This document shows positions 39,976 to 54,149 of a stretch of 64,000 nucleotides of DNA, one piece after another. The notes under the pieces are model-generated. The model was not told the DNA's origin. It worked only from the letters and a program-made list of their open reading frames with translations, and did not search any database. The stretch's first letter is position 1. Each line of letters opens with the position of its first letter. Origin of the DNA: Octopus vulgaris (lineage: Eukaryota); NCBI GenBank assembly GCA_951406725.2, contig OX597814.1, forward strand, positions 88,350,001 to 88,414,000, in the 5' to 3' direction. A program made the position numbers and the translations under genes.

Positions 39976-41674
39976 ATCATCACCATCGTCATCGTCGTTT
40001 AACGTCCACTTTCCATGCTGGTATGGGTTGGATGGTTTGACTGAAGGCTGGTGAACCAGAAGGCTGCACCAGGCTCTATCTGATCTGGCAAAGTTTCTAC
40101 TGCTGGATGCCCTTCCTAACACCAACCACTCTGAGAGTGTAGTGGGTGCTTTTACATGCCACCGGCACAAGGGCCAGGCAGGTGGTTCTGGCAAAAACCA
40201 TGCTCAAAAGGTGTTTTTTTATGTGCTATCTGCATGGGAGCCAGTTCGGCAGCACTGGCAATGACCACGCTCAAATGTTGTTTTTGTCATGCCACTGGCA
40301 CATGTGCCAGTAAGGCAATGCTGGCAACAATCATGCTCGAGTGGTGCTTTTTACGTTCCACCAGAATGGGAGCCAATCCATGGCCCTGGCACCAATCATG
40401 CTCAGATGTGCTTTTAAAGTTCCACTGGCACGAGTGCCAATCAAGCGGTACTGTCATCAGCCATGTCAGCGATTTTGATTTTACTTGCCTCAATGGGTCT
40501 TCACAAGCGAAGTTTATTGTCCAATGAATGAGGGGCATTCATAAGTGGGTTGATTACACCCACTGGCATAGGCCACAGGCTATGGTCTCACTTGGCCAGT
40601 CGGGTCTTCTCAAGCACAGCATATCTCCAAAGGTCTCGGTCACTAGTCATTGCCTGGTGAGGCCCAATGTTCGAAGGTCATGCTTCACCACCTCATCCCA
40701 GGTCTTCATGAGTCTAGCCCTTCCACAGGTTCCCTCAACTGCCAGGGTGTGACACTTTTTCACACAACTGTCCACATTCATTCGCAACACATGACCATAC
40801 CAGTGCAGTCGTCTCTCTTGCACACCAGATCTGATGCTTCTTAAGTTCAGCTTTCTCTCAGGGCACTTACACATCCAGCGGAGCATACTGGCTTCATTCC
40901 TTGCAAGTTTACGTATGTCCTCAGCAGTCACAGCTCATGTTTCACTGCCATGTAGATGGCTGTTCAGACACATGCGTCATACAGTCTACCTTTTTCTCTG
41001 AGCAAGAGGCCCTTTGTCACCAGCAGAGGTAGGAACTCTCTGAACTTTTCCCAGATTACTCTTATTCTAGCTGCTACATTTTCAGAGCTGCCACCCCAAT
41101 ACTGTCTTGGTCCCCTAGGTAACGGAAGCTATCAACTACTTCTAGTTTTTCTGTGTTTATAGCACCTGAGCATCTGCCACATACAAAAACTATCTTCCCA
41201 GTTAGCCTTCCTTTGATATTGCTACACCTCTCATGTGTCCATAGCTTACACTAGGTACATTTTATGGAATTTCTACCAATGCCTTTCCTACAAATCGAGC
41301 AGGGCCATCTACTTTAAGGGATTTATGGTTTGTCTGCTTTCCTACTAACTTTGGATTTTGCTAGATTGACTCTAAGACCCTTCGATTCAAATCCTTACTT
41401 CCACACCTGAAACTTTTCTTCAAGTTCTGTGAGTGAATCAGCAATTAGAGCAATACCATCAGCATAGAGGAGCTCCTAGGGGCATCCTGTCTTGAATTCC
41501 TGTGCTATTGCCTGGAGAACTACGATGACTAAGAGGGGGCTAAGGACTGATCCTTGGTGGACCCCTACCTGGAATTCTTCACTTGCCAACCCTCACCTTA
41601 CTGACAGCATCCCTGTACATGGCTCGCACAGCTCTCACTAACCATCCATCTATCCCTAGTTTCCTCATTGACCA
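39976..41674 (-). mobile_element. 5'-truncated decayed RTE-clade LINE (RT C-terminal half + 3' UTR minisatellite + (GAT/GAC)n tail)
   Basis: Fragments WSMRKLGIDGWLVRAVRAMY, LYADG (decayed YADD) and MLRWMC...RRLHWYGHVLRM...KTWDEVVKHDL. The 3' end reads gcatggaaagtggacgttaaacgacgatgacgatg. Confidence 0.92.
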
Positions 41675-41975
41675 AAATACCGCTAAGCATTTTACCAAGC
41701 GTGCTAATGATTCTGCCAGCTCACCACCTCTAATAGTAATAATGATAATAATAATATTAATCCTTTCTACTAAAGGCACAAGGCCTGTAATTTTGGGAAG
41801 GGTGATAGTTGATTACAATAACCTCAGTATTTAACTGGTACTTATTTTATCAACCCCAAAAGGATGAAAAGCAAAGTTGACCTCGGTGGAATTTGAACTT
41901 AGAATGTAACGATAGATGAAATACCACTAAGCATTTTGCCTGGTATGCTAATGAATCTACCAGCTCACCACCACC
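41675..41975 (-). mobile_element. SINE type B full copy plus head fragment
   Basis: ctaagcatttt...ctgccagctcaccacc occurs twice, separated by (TAA)n. Confidence 0.8.
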
Positions 41976-44351
41976 AATAATAATAATAATAAAATGAGCA
42001 GTAAACATAAGCATTGCCAATATGTTATATCTATATTTTATTAACTACGCAAGCGGCTATCACTGAAAAACCATTGATAGATATAGATCAATTATTTGGC
42101 GGGACTGAATATTCTCATTCACACTGGTTCAGCATACAAAAATACATTCATAAGGGTGAGTGTATAAATTGACTGACTAATGCTGAAAGAGGCTGCAACC
42201 ATTTTGAACAGAATTTTACAGCAGTGTGGATGTATGTGTGTATGTGTGTGTCACAGATGAAAGAGTGAACTGTGAAATATTTCACAAATAAAGAATCAAT
42301 TCACATTGAACAGATATTTGCTTTCCTAAAATGGTGCATAGCAGCAATAGTGCTGCATTAAGTCAGACACCATTTCCAGTAGCTTTACACACACACACAA
42401 ATTGCTGAAGTATTTCTTTAAGATCTATAGCATCTTGTTTAGGGGGTTAAAGGCACTGTACCTATTAAAACAGGGAGTAAGCATCATAAATGTTATGATT
42501 TAGACTTTTATCTATGGTTTAATGCATGTGTTTGAATGTGTGTATATACATGTACCTGTATACAGATACATCTACACAGCCTGTCAACTCAATGTGTTCT
42601 AATGAACAGGAATATTCAGAGAATCTGGAATTACCAAACAACCACCTCCACATACACACGTTGAAATAGAAACCATGAAAATTTGGTTGTATTTTGATAT
42701 TCAGTTTTAGTTTTCTGACTTAACATTTAGGAGATTACTCAGAACTGGGGAAAGAGAGAGTATGGGGACCGGCACACACTTGCACACTCATATATATTTA
42801 CACACATACATCAGCAGCATTTGCACCAGTTAAAGACCTTGGATTTCCCAAGCAGTAACATGTCTGAGTACAAAACATGAAGGTTTGATTGAATTTTGGC
42901 ACCCCAATTATAGTTCACCTCATTTACATTTGGAGTTTATCCCTCCATATTTTTAATAAGTTAGCATAAGCCCATACACGTGAGTATGTATATTAATTCC
43001 TCAAGGTTCCTAGTGTACTACAGAATCTCTTGATTAAGCTTTATTTATTCAAGCAGGTCAAAAAATAGATGATATTCCCCACACCCTATCACCTGCTGCT
43101 ACAAAAAAGATGGGAAGTCAACTGCTTGGTGAATGCTCACTGCCTGCAGCCTACAGGGTTTTATAAAAGTTTTTGACTTAATATGCAGCTGTGCTGCTTA
43201 TAAATGTTACAAAGAAAACCATAGAAACTGTGCCTAATTAGCAGATTAATCAGGAGTAAACTCGGGCAATGAATAGAAGTTGTGACTTCAAATTTCAATG
43301 TGTTCTCTCAATAGATTTCTTTTTACAATGAAATCTTGAAAATGTTTCACTAAGAAAATATGATTGCCCTTGAAAAAGCTATCAATATCATTACAGCACA
43401 TTTTCCTCTTTCCAATAAATATTCTAATTTATCAAGTCTTAAGATAGTAGTATTTTGCATATGCTAGAAATGAAACACACTACAATCATAATGATTTATT
43501 ACCAGTTCTATTTTCAAGGCTGTCATTAACAAGGTGTATAGTTCAGTTACAACTTGGAAGCCATATACTTTTAGTATGAGAGATAGATAGATAGAGATAG
43601 AGAGAGAGAGAGAGAAAAAGAAAGAGAGAGAAAGGGAGTGTGTATTGATACACATATGCACCTACAATAGCAGTCTTTGCATTAATTAAAATACAAATGA
43701 CTAAAGATCTTGGGCTTCACAGACAGAAATGTACTAAACTGACACATGCAGATAGGAAAGTCTAAATTATTGATAATGAAACTGCTTAGCAAAATGTATT
43801 GAAATTTTAATATCTTCAATAATCCTCTTACTGCAGCATGGCTTACATGTATACATGTATTATAGGGAGATTTTTTTTTTTTAAATTCCATTTTGCACCA
43901 CCTAAAATCTACTTTCACTGCTGACACTTATGTCAGAGGTTCATGTGTCACTGGTTTAAGCCCTACAGGAATAGTAAAGAAAATGATGATGATGATGATA
44001 ATGATAATGAATCAATGATATAGAATAATTATGCTGCATTTGGAGACTAACAACTTAATACTTAATCTAAATTAGTGGGACACATTTTCAAGTTACACAA
44101 AAAATATTTGTTCCTTTCACAAGAGAACAAACTATTTCAACCAAGAGGCCATTAATCTGGTGTCATTCAATCTGATTCTCACTGGAATTTACAAAAAATT
44201 TGATAGTATATGCTATAATTAAGAAAGCAGAGTGTATACAGAAGGCATAGCAGGAACATAATTTGCCTGCTTCAATAAACCCTTCATAAAACTACAGCTA
44301 TTAGTGATAGCAGAGGAAAAAGGAAAACAAAATTTGCACTACACACTAAGA

Positions 44352-44560
44352 TTGGTATCAAATTTTGGCACACAGCCAACAATTTCAGGGGAGTGGGTAA
44401 GTCAGTTACAGGAACCCTAGTGTTCCACTGGTACTTATTTTTATGGGCCCGAAAGGATGAAAAGCAAAATCAACCTCAGCAGAATTTGAACTCTAAACAT
44501 AAAGACAAATGAAATGCTGCTGAGCATTTTGCCTGGCATGCTAACAATTCTGCCAGGGTG
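44352..44560 (-). mobile_element. SINE type B (decayed)
   Basis: ttttggcaca...ctggtacttattt...gaaaggatgaaaagcaaa...gaatttgaactc...gcattttgcctggcatgctaac. A similar copy lies at 47633-47852. Confidence 0.75.
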
Positions 44561-45436
44561 CTGTCTTGGCTACACACTAATATTAACAATATAAAACTAT
44601 TCTAATTATGAAGGGAGGGGACCTTTATATAATCACTTGGCCTACTAGAAATAACAGTCAAATTTCTCTCAACTCACATTTTACTGACTTACATGAAGGA
44701 AGGACACATTAAATAAGCCAGCTCTATTCACACACACACATATTTGTATGCATGTGTGTGTGTGCAAATGAGACAGCTGGTGGTTGCTCTAGTTTAATAA
44801 CTGAGAACCACCTCAGTTGAAATCCTAGGTGTGCCCATGCTCCCATTAAAAACATGAGACTGTCATGACCAACATTACCTGTAAGCTGTGTGTTCATGCA
44901 TGCACACCTGTTTTACAACTAGCACATAAATGAAAAAAAATGTATGCAAATATCATTTTTTAAATGAAATCAAATTTTTGTAATTGAATAAAGTACTTGT
45001 GCAATTTCAAAATAAAACCTAAAATAATACATACTTAGGAGTAGTATCCTTCCACTTACCTAGTAAATATGGCATTTGAACAATGTTTATCTGCATGGGG
45101 GGTACACATACTTTACAATGACAAAATATGCATACAAGTGCAACAAAAGAATTCAGGGATATAGGCCATGACTAGAAAAAAAATGCTAATCATAACTCTA
45201 TTCAACTAGTGTTGATCAGGAAGCTCAACACCAACTATACAAACTGCTACATCAACCAATTTCATCATACTGCAATCCACTGTATATTACAAATAATTAA
45301 GAAACTCAAATAGCACTTAAAAATCATTCACTGCTGAATATCTTATAGACACTTGCCTAAGGTGCCACGCAGTGGGACTGAACCTGGAACCATGAGGTTT
45401 GGGAAGCAAGCTTCTTACCACACAACCTCCCCTGCA

Positions 45437-45482
<46 letters not shown>

Positions 45483-46244
45483 CTTTAAACACACACATAC
45501 ACATATAATCAATACATTAGAGTTGGAGGGAAATTTTGCAACCCATTGAAACATATACTAAGAGTAGCCTTGGGTTACATAATTAAAAAAAATGGAACTT
45601 CTCTTAGTAGGACACTGTGTTTAATGAATTCAGAATATAAAAATTAACATCAGTTATTGTACTATATAGGAAGCTTCATATTTAGGTGTTTCAATATTTG
45701 GAAGCAAAGTTTCCAGTTCAGGCTGTTTGTTAATAATTTTGTATGTAGATTCTTTTAATTTTGTACTGTTTTACTGGATTCATTGTTGTTGTCTAAGTCA
45801 GTCAGAAAATAGGATAGTTTTCAGTAAACAACTTTGAAAATGAATATCAAAAACAGTGACTTTGTAATTTCCACTATGTCGACTTTACACTAGATGTACT
45901 TTTACAGCCTACCTAACATAGCTCAATGGTCACATCTGAATATGTTTAAAAAAAAAAAATTTTTTTTTATTTGTTAACACCAAGGGTATATGAATTGTTT
46001 CGATACATTAAATACAGCAATTATTATAAATCTAACCCTATTACACTTTTACACCCAATACACTGTAATTCTAAAAATATTCAGTGTATATTATACACAC
46101 GAGATATTTTATAGACATTTCATTTTACACAATTTAGTCAGTACATTATACATGGGCATGTTTTATACATAAATAAATACAGAATATAATAATAAACATT
46201 ACAATCACCAGTTTAAGAGAGTAAAGAGGAACAAACATAGTGAC

Positions 46245-46730
46245 ATCATCATCATTTAACTTCTGGGTAGATGTTTGACAGGATCTGGCACATCACAGGG
46301 CTGCACTGAGATCCACTGTTAGCTTTGATTTGCTTTCTAGAGTTAGATACCCTTGCTAATACCAACCACTTTTCAGTGTGTAGTGGGTGCCACTAGCACT
46401 AGTGAGGTCACCAAGTTGCAAGAGAGAAAAAAAAAACCCAGAAAAGGGAAAATTCCTCATAACTCTGTTTGTGTGTGTAGGGAGAATATTAGGGAGGAGA
46501 AAGTGGTTTCATGTGAAGTGTTGAGAGGTTAAATTATGACAGGAGTTCAAGCATAGGTGTCTTGCTATAGAGGTGATCTATGGCTACACCACATAATATA
46601 AGAGTGAGTAGAAGTAACTAGAAAGAAGATGAAGAAAATAAAGATGGTAGTGATGCGGTGTCAAAGCAAACCTGAGGTACAAGAAGAGCATGAGAGAGTC
46701 AGCAGATCAGGAGGGAAGGGCAGGGTGGGT
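46245..46730 (-). mobile_element. Decayed RTE 3' UTR fragment
   Basis: (CAT)n tail on the plus strand followed by sequence similar to 48242-48680. Confidence 0.55.
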
Positions 46731-48241
46731 CTCAAATATAAAAAAATTTAAATGATGCTTAACAATATATTTACTCAGCAGACGAAATCATGATGTAGTT
46801 ACTGTAGTTTAATTACCTACAATGAATTTACCAGATACTGAAGAAGAAGCAAAGTTGACCAAAACAATATTTGAACTAAGAATCATTTAGAAAATCTAAC
46901 AAATTAAGAAATGAAAAAAAAAAAGGTTTTTTTTTTTGGCGGGTGGGCTCATATTTTAAAATTTCTAATTCTCTAGGTATTTGATAGTTTCCAATTTACA
47001 AAACCAACACAACAAATTATTTTAATACTTTATGTTAAAACTGCATTCAACATACCAGAAATAGCAACAACAACAACAACTACTACTATTACTTGAAAAT
47101 AAATAAATAAATGTAGCATATCACCAATTGTTAGAATAATTAAAATAGGAAAACAGAACCTAAAGCAATTGTTAAAGAATAAGATATCTTTTCTCCAGAA
47201 ATAATAATAATTAAAAAAAAACAAGAAAAATTGACACAAAAAAAAAAAAACATATCAAGTAATAAAACTTGATGACTGAAACCTTTTAAAAATCATTGGA
47301 ATAAGTTTTCTTAAAAAAAAATAAAAAGAGAAAATATTCATTAAATCTTTATAAAGATTTCTAAAGAAACATTTAAAATATTGCAAAAAAACAAAAAGCT
47401 ATAATAATAGCTTTTAATTTTCAAATATGAATATGAGAAATTTATACATGATGTATTTAAAATACAAATTATCTTATTTAAAAATACACAAGAGTAATTA
47501 TAGTTCTAAAGTGTTATATTACTGATCACAAATTCACAAAATCAAACTCCTATATACTGCAAAGCTTTCTGATTACATCAATTTGTCAAGTAGAAAAATG
47601 AGTTATTTTCAGTTTAAATACAAGAGTTATAATGGTTCTTTCTACTACAGACACAAAGTTTGAAATTCTGTGGGAGGAGGGCAGTCAATTACATTAATCC
47701 TGGTGCTTGACTGGTACCTATTTTATCAACCCAAAAGGATGGAATCAAAGTCAACCTAGGCAGTATTTCAACTGAACTGAAAACCTAAAGCTGGAAGGAA
47801 TTCTGTTAAACATTTTGTCTGGTGTGCAAAAGACTCTGCCAACTTACCACCTTTATGAGAGGTACAATAATAATGGAACTTTCTGTGGTTCTAATTTCAT
47901 GTGTTTTTATTCATGCCTAGCTTCCACCGGTCCAATCTCTGATTGCTGTCAGTGTATCTTTTTTTTTTGAATGAGTAAGCTACCTTTCATTTTGAAATAC
48001 AGGTTTTGATTTCAAATTCAGCCTGGGACAGTATGTACTCAAGAGTAGGGTAGCTGATGATAAGCAAAGAAAGATTAGGGCAATGTTAAACAGAAACAAA
48101 AAAGATGAGGTTAATATTTCAGAAAAATCTAATTAAGAAAAAAGGAGCTATTCATTATTCATGAAATCTTAGCAAAATTTGGTGCCCTCTTTCAAACATA
48201 TCAAAGATCTTTGGAAACAATTACACCCTGAATAACTGCAT

Positions 48242-50552
48242 GCATCATCATCATTCAATGTCTGCCTTCCATGCTAGCATGGGTGGGACGGTTTCACAAG
48301 AGCCAGCCTGCACCAGACTTCAGTGACTGTTTTGGCAGGATTTTTACAGTTGGATGCCCTTCCTAACACCAACCACTCAGCAGAGTGGACTTAGTACTTT
48401 TTACGTGGCATCTGCACTGACATAGTCACCAAGTACTTGTAAGACAAAAAACAAAAAAAAAACTTTCAAGAGGGGAGGGGGGCATTGGAGGAGGTTATCT
48501 TGTGTTGGATGATGGAAGACAGAGAGAGATCAAGAATGGAGGCAGAAACTGCAATGGAAATACATAGTTACCCAACATGAAGGAAGTGCAGGAGAGAAAG
48601 AGTGAGAGACAGCAAGACAGAGATGGTTGTAAAATACCAAGCAAACTCACAAGGGACAGGAATCAGAATATAAATGGGATGGTTGAGTAAAGGAAGAGAG
48701 AGATATAAATGGTGGCAAGTACCAGGGCATACCCTTGAGGTTCAAACACCATAATATAAGTGTCAGGATATTGCTAAGGAAGTGTGATTAAAGAGTGCAG
48801 AGTGGGAGAGGGGAGTGAGTGGTGAAAACCTGGGTATATATAGAGTCGGGAGGAGGGACCTACATGATAGCAATGATACTGTGGAATATGGCCATGAGAA
48901 CAGGATTGGGGAGTGAGAGCTAGGCATAGTGTATGAGGGAGGAAATGTGAGGAAGTGAAGAGCTGTGGAGATGCAGGGTTTCTTGGGGTAGGGTGAGTAA
49001 AAAATTTTCTTGTTACATATGGGTGGAACACACAAGAAGGGGGGGGGGGCAATTTGGGCTAGCAGAGCGCAATGATACAGTGGCACAGGGCCAAGAGGAC
49101 AGGATAGGGGAGTGGGAGGTAAGCATAGTGCATGCAGCAAAAATGTGAGGAAGAGATGTAGAGACGTAATTTGGTTTGTTGTAGTAGTGTGTGAGTAGTT
49201 TTCTTGTTGAGTATGGGTAGAACACACAGCGCTTCTAGAAATGTTTCGCTAATGTGAATGGGTCTTCTCTAGAACTTCATATCGCCAGACATCTTGGTCC
49301 ATTGTCATTTCCTCCATGAGGCCCAACATCCTGAGATTGGTCCCTACCACTTCATCCCACATCTTGCTAGGTCTCTCTCTTCCATGGGTACCATCCACTT
49401 TCAGTGATCGGCACTTCTTTATGCAGCTGTACTCATTAATATGCATCACGTGTCCAAACCAACTGCATGCTACATTTGATTCCTCTTATGCCCAACTTTT
49501 CTCTCAATACATTTGCACTTAGCTGTACATGTGCACTGATGTTGCACATCCAACAGAGCAAACCACCTTCACTTCTCTCCAGTCTACACATGTCTTCTGC
49601 ATTCAGAGCCCATGTCTCACTACCATGGAGTATAGCCATTCCCACACAAGCATCCTATAGTCTACCTTTCACTCTGAGAGAGAGTCTTTTGTTGCCAACA
49701 GAGGTAATAGCTTTCTGAATTTCCTCCACCTAATTCTTATTCTAGAAACAATACTTTTAGAACATCCTCCACCATTGCTAATTTGATCACCTCGGTAACA
49801 GAAACAATCTACAACCTCAAGAGAGCATTTGAGAGAATCTAAGTCTCATGTGCCCGTAGTGCTTATTGTTTCTGTACATCTGCCACATACAAAGACAACT
49901 TTATCTGTTAATCTACCTGTGATTCCACTGCACCTCTTATGTGTCCATAGTTTACACTGGGTGCAGCAAATGGAATTTCTTCTAACTCCTTTCATACATA
50001 TTGTACAGGGCCATTTACCTGACGGAAAGAGAGTTTATCTTCTTTCTTACTAACAACAACTTTGGTCTTAGCTAGGTTAACTTTAAGGCCCTTTGATTCC
50101 AGATTTTGTTTCCATACCTGAATTTCTCCAATTCTACTAAAGATTTTGCAATAAGAGTAGGGTCATCAGCATATAGCAGTTCCCATGGGCACCCAGTTTT
50201 GAATTCCTCTGTTATGGCCTGGAGGACTATAATCAAGAAGAGTGGGCTGAGAACTGAGCCCTGCTGAACCCCTACCTGTGCGCTAAATTCATCACTGCAT
50301 TCATGGTTGACTCTCACTTACTGACAGCACCACTGTACATGGTTTGTACAGCTCTAACAAGCCAATCCTCTACTCCTAACTCCCTTAGAGACCACCATAT
50401 AACAGAGCAGGGAACTCTGTTGGAAGCTTTCTCCAGGTTGATGAAGTACAATGGCTTACTTTTGGCCAAGTACTTTTCCTGCAGCTATCTCACTAGGAAG
50501 AATGCATCTGTGGTACTCTTCCCAGGTACAAAACCAAACTGCATCTCATCTA
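48242..50552 (-). mobile_element. 5'-truncated decayed RTE-clade LINE, second subfamily with ~1 kb 3' UTR
   Basis: VGVQQGSVLSPLFLIIVLQAITEEFKTGCPWELLYADD, LHGSETWAL and KMWDEVVGTNLRMLGL, with frameshifts. Same (GAT)n-type tail at 48242-48260. Confidence 0.92.
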
Positions 50553-51412
50553 GTTTAAGGAAGGTAGCAAATAACTACATCACTTGAACGATGGTGATAT
50601 TTGTTTGCAGCTAGTGTATAATGTCAACACAAAGGGGTTGAGAGCACAAACCCGCACACATGCATTTCAAATACCAAATACAGTGGGCTTCTTTAGTCAT
50701 ATTTGTATGCATGTGTGAGTATGGGAGGACTGAGGCTATAGCTAAAATCACTTACCCAAGGTACTGCACAGTGTGACTGACCTCAAAACCAAATTGTTGC
50801 TAAGCAAACTTCTTAACCACAAAGCAATGCATGTGCCTATATATATATACATGTGTGTACACACACACGCTAACATACATATGTATTTCTCTCTTTATAT
50901 ATATATATGTCATCTTGAGCAAGTCGCTGAGTTGACGATTGCCACATGTCATGGTTTCGAAAACGAAACTGATCTCCTCCCTTGGAAGATATGTGTGTGT
51001 GTGTGCGTAAACACATATACACAAACTCAACACGATATTCAGAACAGCACCTTAGTACTGAAATTTCATTAAGTGTCTAAGTGCTCAATTATATATCCAT
51101 TGACCTTACACTTATGTAAGTCAATTTGTAAAGCCTATTACTACTTCAGTAAGTGGAAACCACTTCTATGATGGTCAAAATGAGAAAAGTATTCTGTGAA
51201 GAAATGCAAACACAATCACTATAACTGCAGATAATCACAGTTCAAATCAACTAAAGAACGTTTTTTGAGCAATATTTGGATGAAAGCCAACTATTTAATG
51301 ACAATAATATTTGGATGGGAATTGTGTATTCATAGACAATAATATTTGTGGAGTGTCTTTTCGTGATATTTTTGATATTAAGTAAGTGGGTATATTCTGG
51401 TGTTTTCGATGG

Positions 51413-51750
51413 TGTGGCTGAGTGATAAGAAGTTTGCTTCGCAAGTACATGATTCCAGGTTCAGTTCCACTATGTAGTACCTCAGCTAAGTGTCTGCTTT
51501 AACTGACCAAAGCCTTGTGAGTGGATTCGGTAGACAGAAACTGAAAGTGTCTTTGTTTGTGTTTGTCCCTTATGGCAATCAGAGCTGGTTTGTTTACATC
51601 TTATAACTTAGTGGTTTGGCAAACAAGACTGACAAAATAAGTACTGGGCTTTAAAAAGCAAGTACTGGGGTCAAATCATTCAACTAAAACCCTTTAAGGT
51701 AGTGCCCCAGCATGGCTATAGTCCAATGGTTGAAACAAGTAAGAGATAAA
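51413..51750 (+). mobile_element. SINE type A (diverged)
   Basis: gtgtggctgagtgataagaagtttgcttc...ccaggttcagttccac...gccccagcatggctatagtccaatggttgaaacaagtaag. Confidence 0.8.
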
Positions 51751-54149
51751 TGATAAGAGATCTCATTCTCCAAAAATTTGTCAGTAGATGGTTTGCTCAC
51801 TGAACTAACATTTGCTGATTAGAAGACTGAAGGTGACAACTATTTTGTTTGAAATATTGTGCTTAGGTTGACTTAACCTTTCTTTCCTCAGAAAATCAAT
51901 AACAGCAAGGTAACTAAAATGAGGATTGACTCAAGTTTTGGGTATCAAATTAAGCTCCACTTTTTATTTCTATTCTTTTTCCTTTCTTTTTTTGTTGTTG
52001 ATGGGTGGCAGAGATTAATTTGATATTGCAACAGATGAATAAGACTGAAATTTAGCAAATGTAATTTTAACTCTGCTTTGTCAGGCTAATAATGTTGGGA
52101 CATCATGAATTACAATAATTTCAAAAATAAAAAGAGAGAGAGAGAGAGAGAAAGAGAGAAAAGGTTTTATACTATAAAAATTTTTAAAGATATATGATGG
52201 TAAAACTTACAGCACAAAAATATATACTAGACTTCTACAGCTTCTTTTGGCTCTTGTAGCTGCTATGTGTGCATGCATGAGAAGATTCCGGAGCTGACTT
52301 TATGCATGTGTTATTTGCGTCACAAATTATATGTTTATTCAAGGGTTCTTCTCAAACTTTTTTTTGCTTTGTATAGCAAGCATCTCTTCCTATAAGCAGT
52401 TTTGGTTGCACAGAAAAATTGAAGAGCAGTTAATGGACTAAGAAAAGTGGGCATCATTTGACACTAATTGATGATCAACTCAACTGTATGAAGGCAACAG
52501 CGGTAGTCAGTTTTATTTTTCATATTCCACTCTTCTTGCAAAGATATTGAAGATATTTCTATTATATAAATGTAGTGAATATGGCTCCAATATCTTCAGC
52601 AATAACTCATGCCAATGAAGGAGTTTCTATGCAGTTGCTTGACCTTCTCAAGATAGTAACCAAATCTTGTTAAAGAAACTTACCACTGCTTTTAAAATGA
52701 AAACTAAATCTGCTGTAAACTAAACTCTATGGAGACTTTTCATTCTTATATTATCAAAACGCACTTAATTAGATAGACAACGATAATTAAAACTTTTAAC
52801 ACTGGGAGCTGTTCTATATTTTTATTTAAATTTAGCACTGTATATAATATTAGTTGATATACATTTGTGTAGTTAAAAACGTGCTTCTCAACCACATGGT
52901 TTTGAGTTCAGTCCCACAGTGTGGCACCTTAGGCAAGTATCTTATGCTATAGCCTTGGGCTGACTGAAGCCTTGTGATTGAATTTATTAGGTGGAAGTAT
53001 CCATCATGTGTGTATATGTGTGTGAAAGTGCTTGTGCCTCCTTTAATAGATAGGAGGGAATATACATTTAACTATAAAAGTTCTATACCATAAGTAACTG
53101 AAACTATTGCCAAATCTTGAAGTGCCCATAACTGCAATTCTGAAAGAGTTGTTTGAAGTAAAATAGCAGGAACTAAGCACACTTCGGTGCGATAAACAAA
53201 GTTTAACCTTATTTTAGAAAGAACTTCCTATTAAAAGATGTTCTGTTTGTACCATATACATTTCTTCTTTTGCAGTTTATTGAGCGAATCTCTTAAGAAT
53301 TTTTCTATTCTGGTTCTTGAATATCATGATGATTAATACTAAATCAGTGGATTAGAGTTCAATATTATATATTAATAATTAATTTATTACCATTATTAAT
53401 GATGTAATTAGAAAGAAAAAAATGTTGCATTGGGAGTAAATAATTAGTGATATTTCAGTGACATTTGTACACACCAACAATCAAAGTTATATCAGGATAT
53501 ATTGATTCTGAGCAAGAGTGAAGTGGTCATATGATTACATGGATGTTTGCATTAGTGATATAGGCCCTATAAATGAACTTAGAAACAAAAGCCCATTGAG
53601 TAATTTTCTTCTATTTCTTCCAGTTAATGAAGCTTTTTGTCAGGATGAGCAATGAGAGAAGCAATGCCACCTTCATTACCTTAATGCAAGAGATGAAGGC
53701 AGATATCAGAACATCTTTCTTGATGCTTCTAAGTTACAGAGACTGCTGGAACACTCATTGAACTCTGAGACAAGAAATCGATGCCAAAGAATTCATATCC
53801 CTTAAATATATTTCAAACTACCTTCATATAATCAAAGAGCTATGTTCAATCTACCTGGGCAAATGAAAGTGATATAAAAGTTGTCAACAAGTAAATCCCA
53901 TTTTCACACTGTACACCAATGGTAAATTCCATCCAAATTCATGTCATCATCCTCTTCATCATCATAGTTTTTGAATTTTTGCATTTACTTTTCTATTATT
54001 GCAAAGGTCAGATGGAATTCATTGAGGAAGATTTTCTGTAGCTGCATGCCCATACTTGTTTCTAAACAAGGTAATATTTTCCCATGGCCAGACATGTCTA
54101 TACAGAAGATTGGAAATGAAGGACACTACTTGCACGACGATGAGTTACA

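Noticed and set aside
50910-50990. Short module between TA/TG tracts with CGAAAC on the minus strand, resembling a hammerhead
   Set aside because: No CUGANGA core and no stem I pairing.
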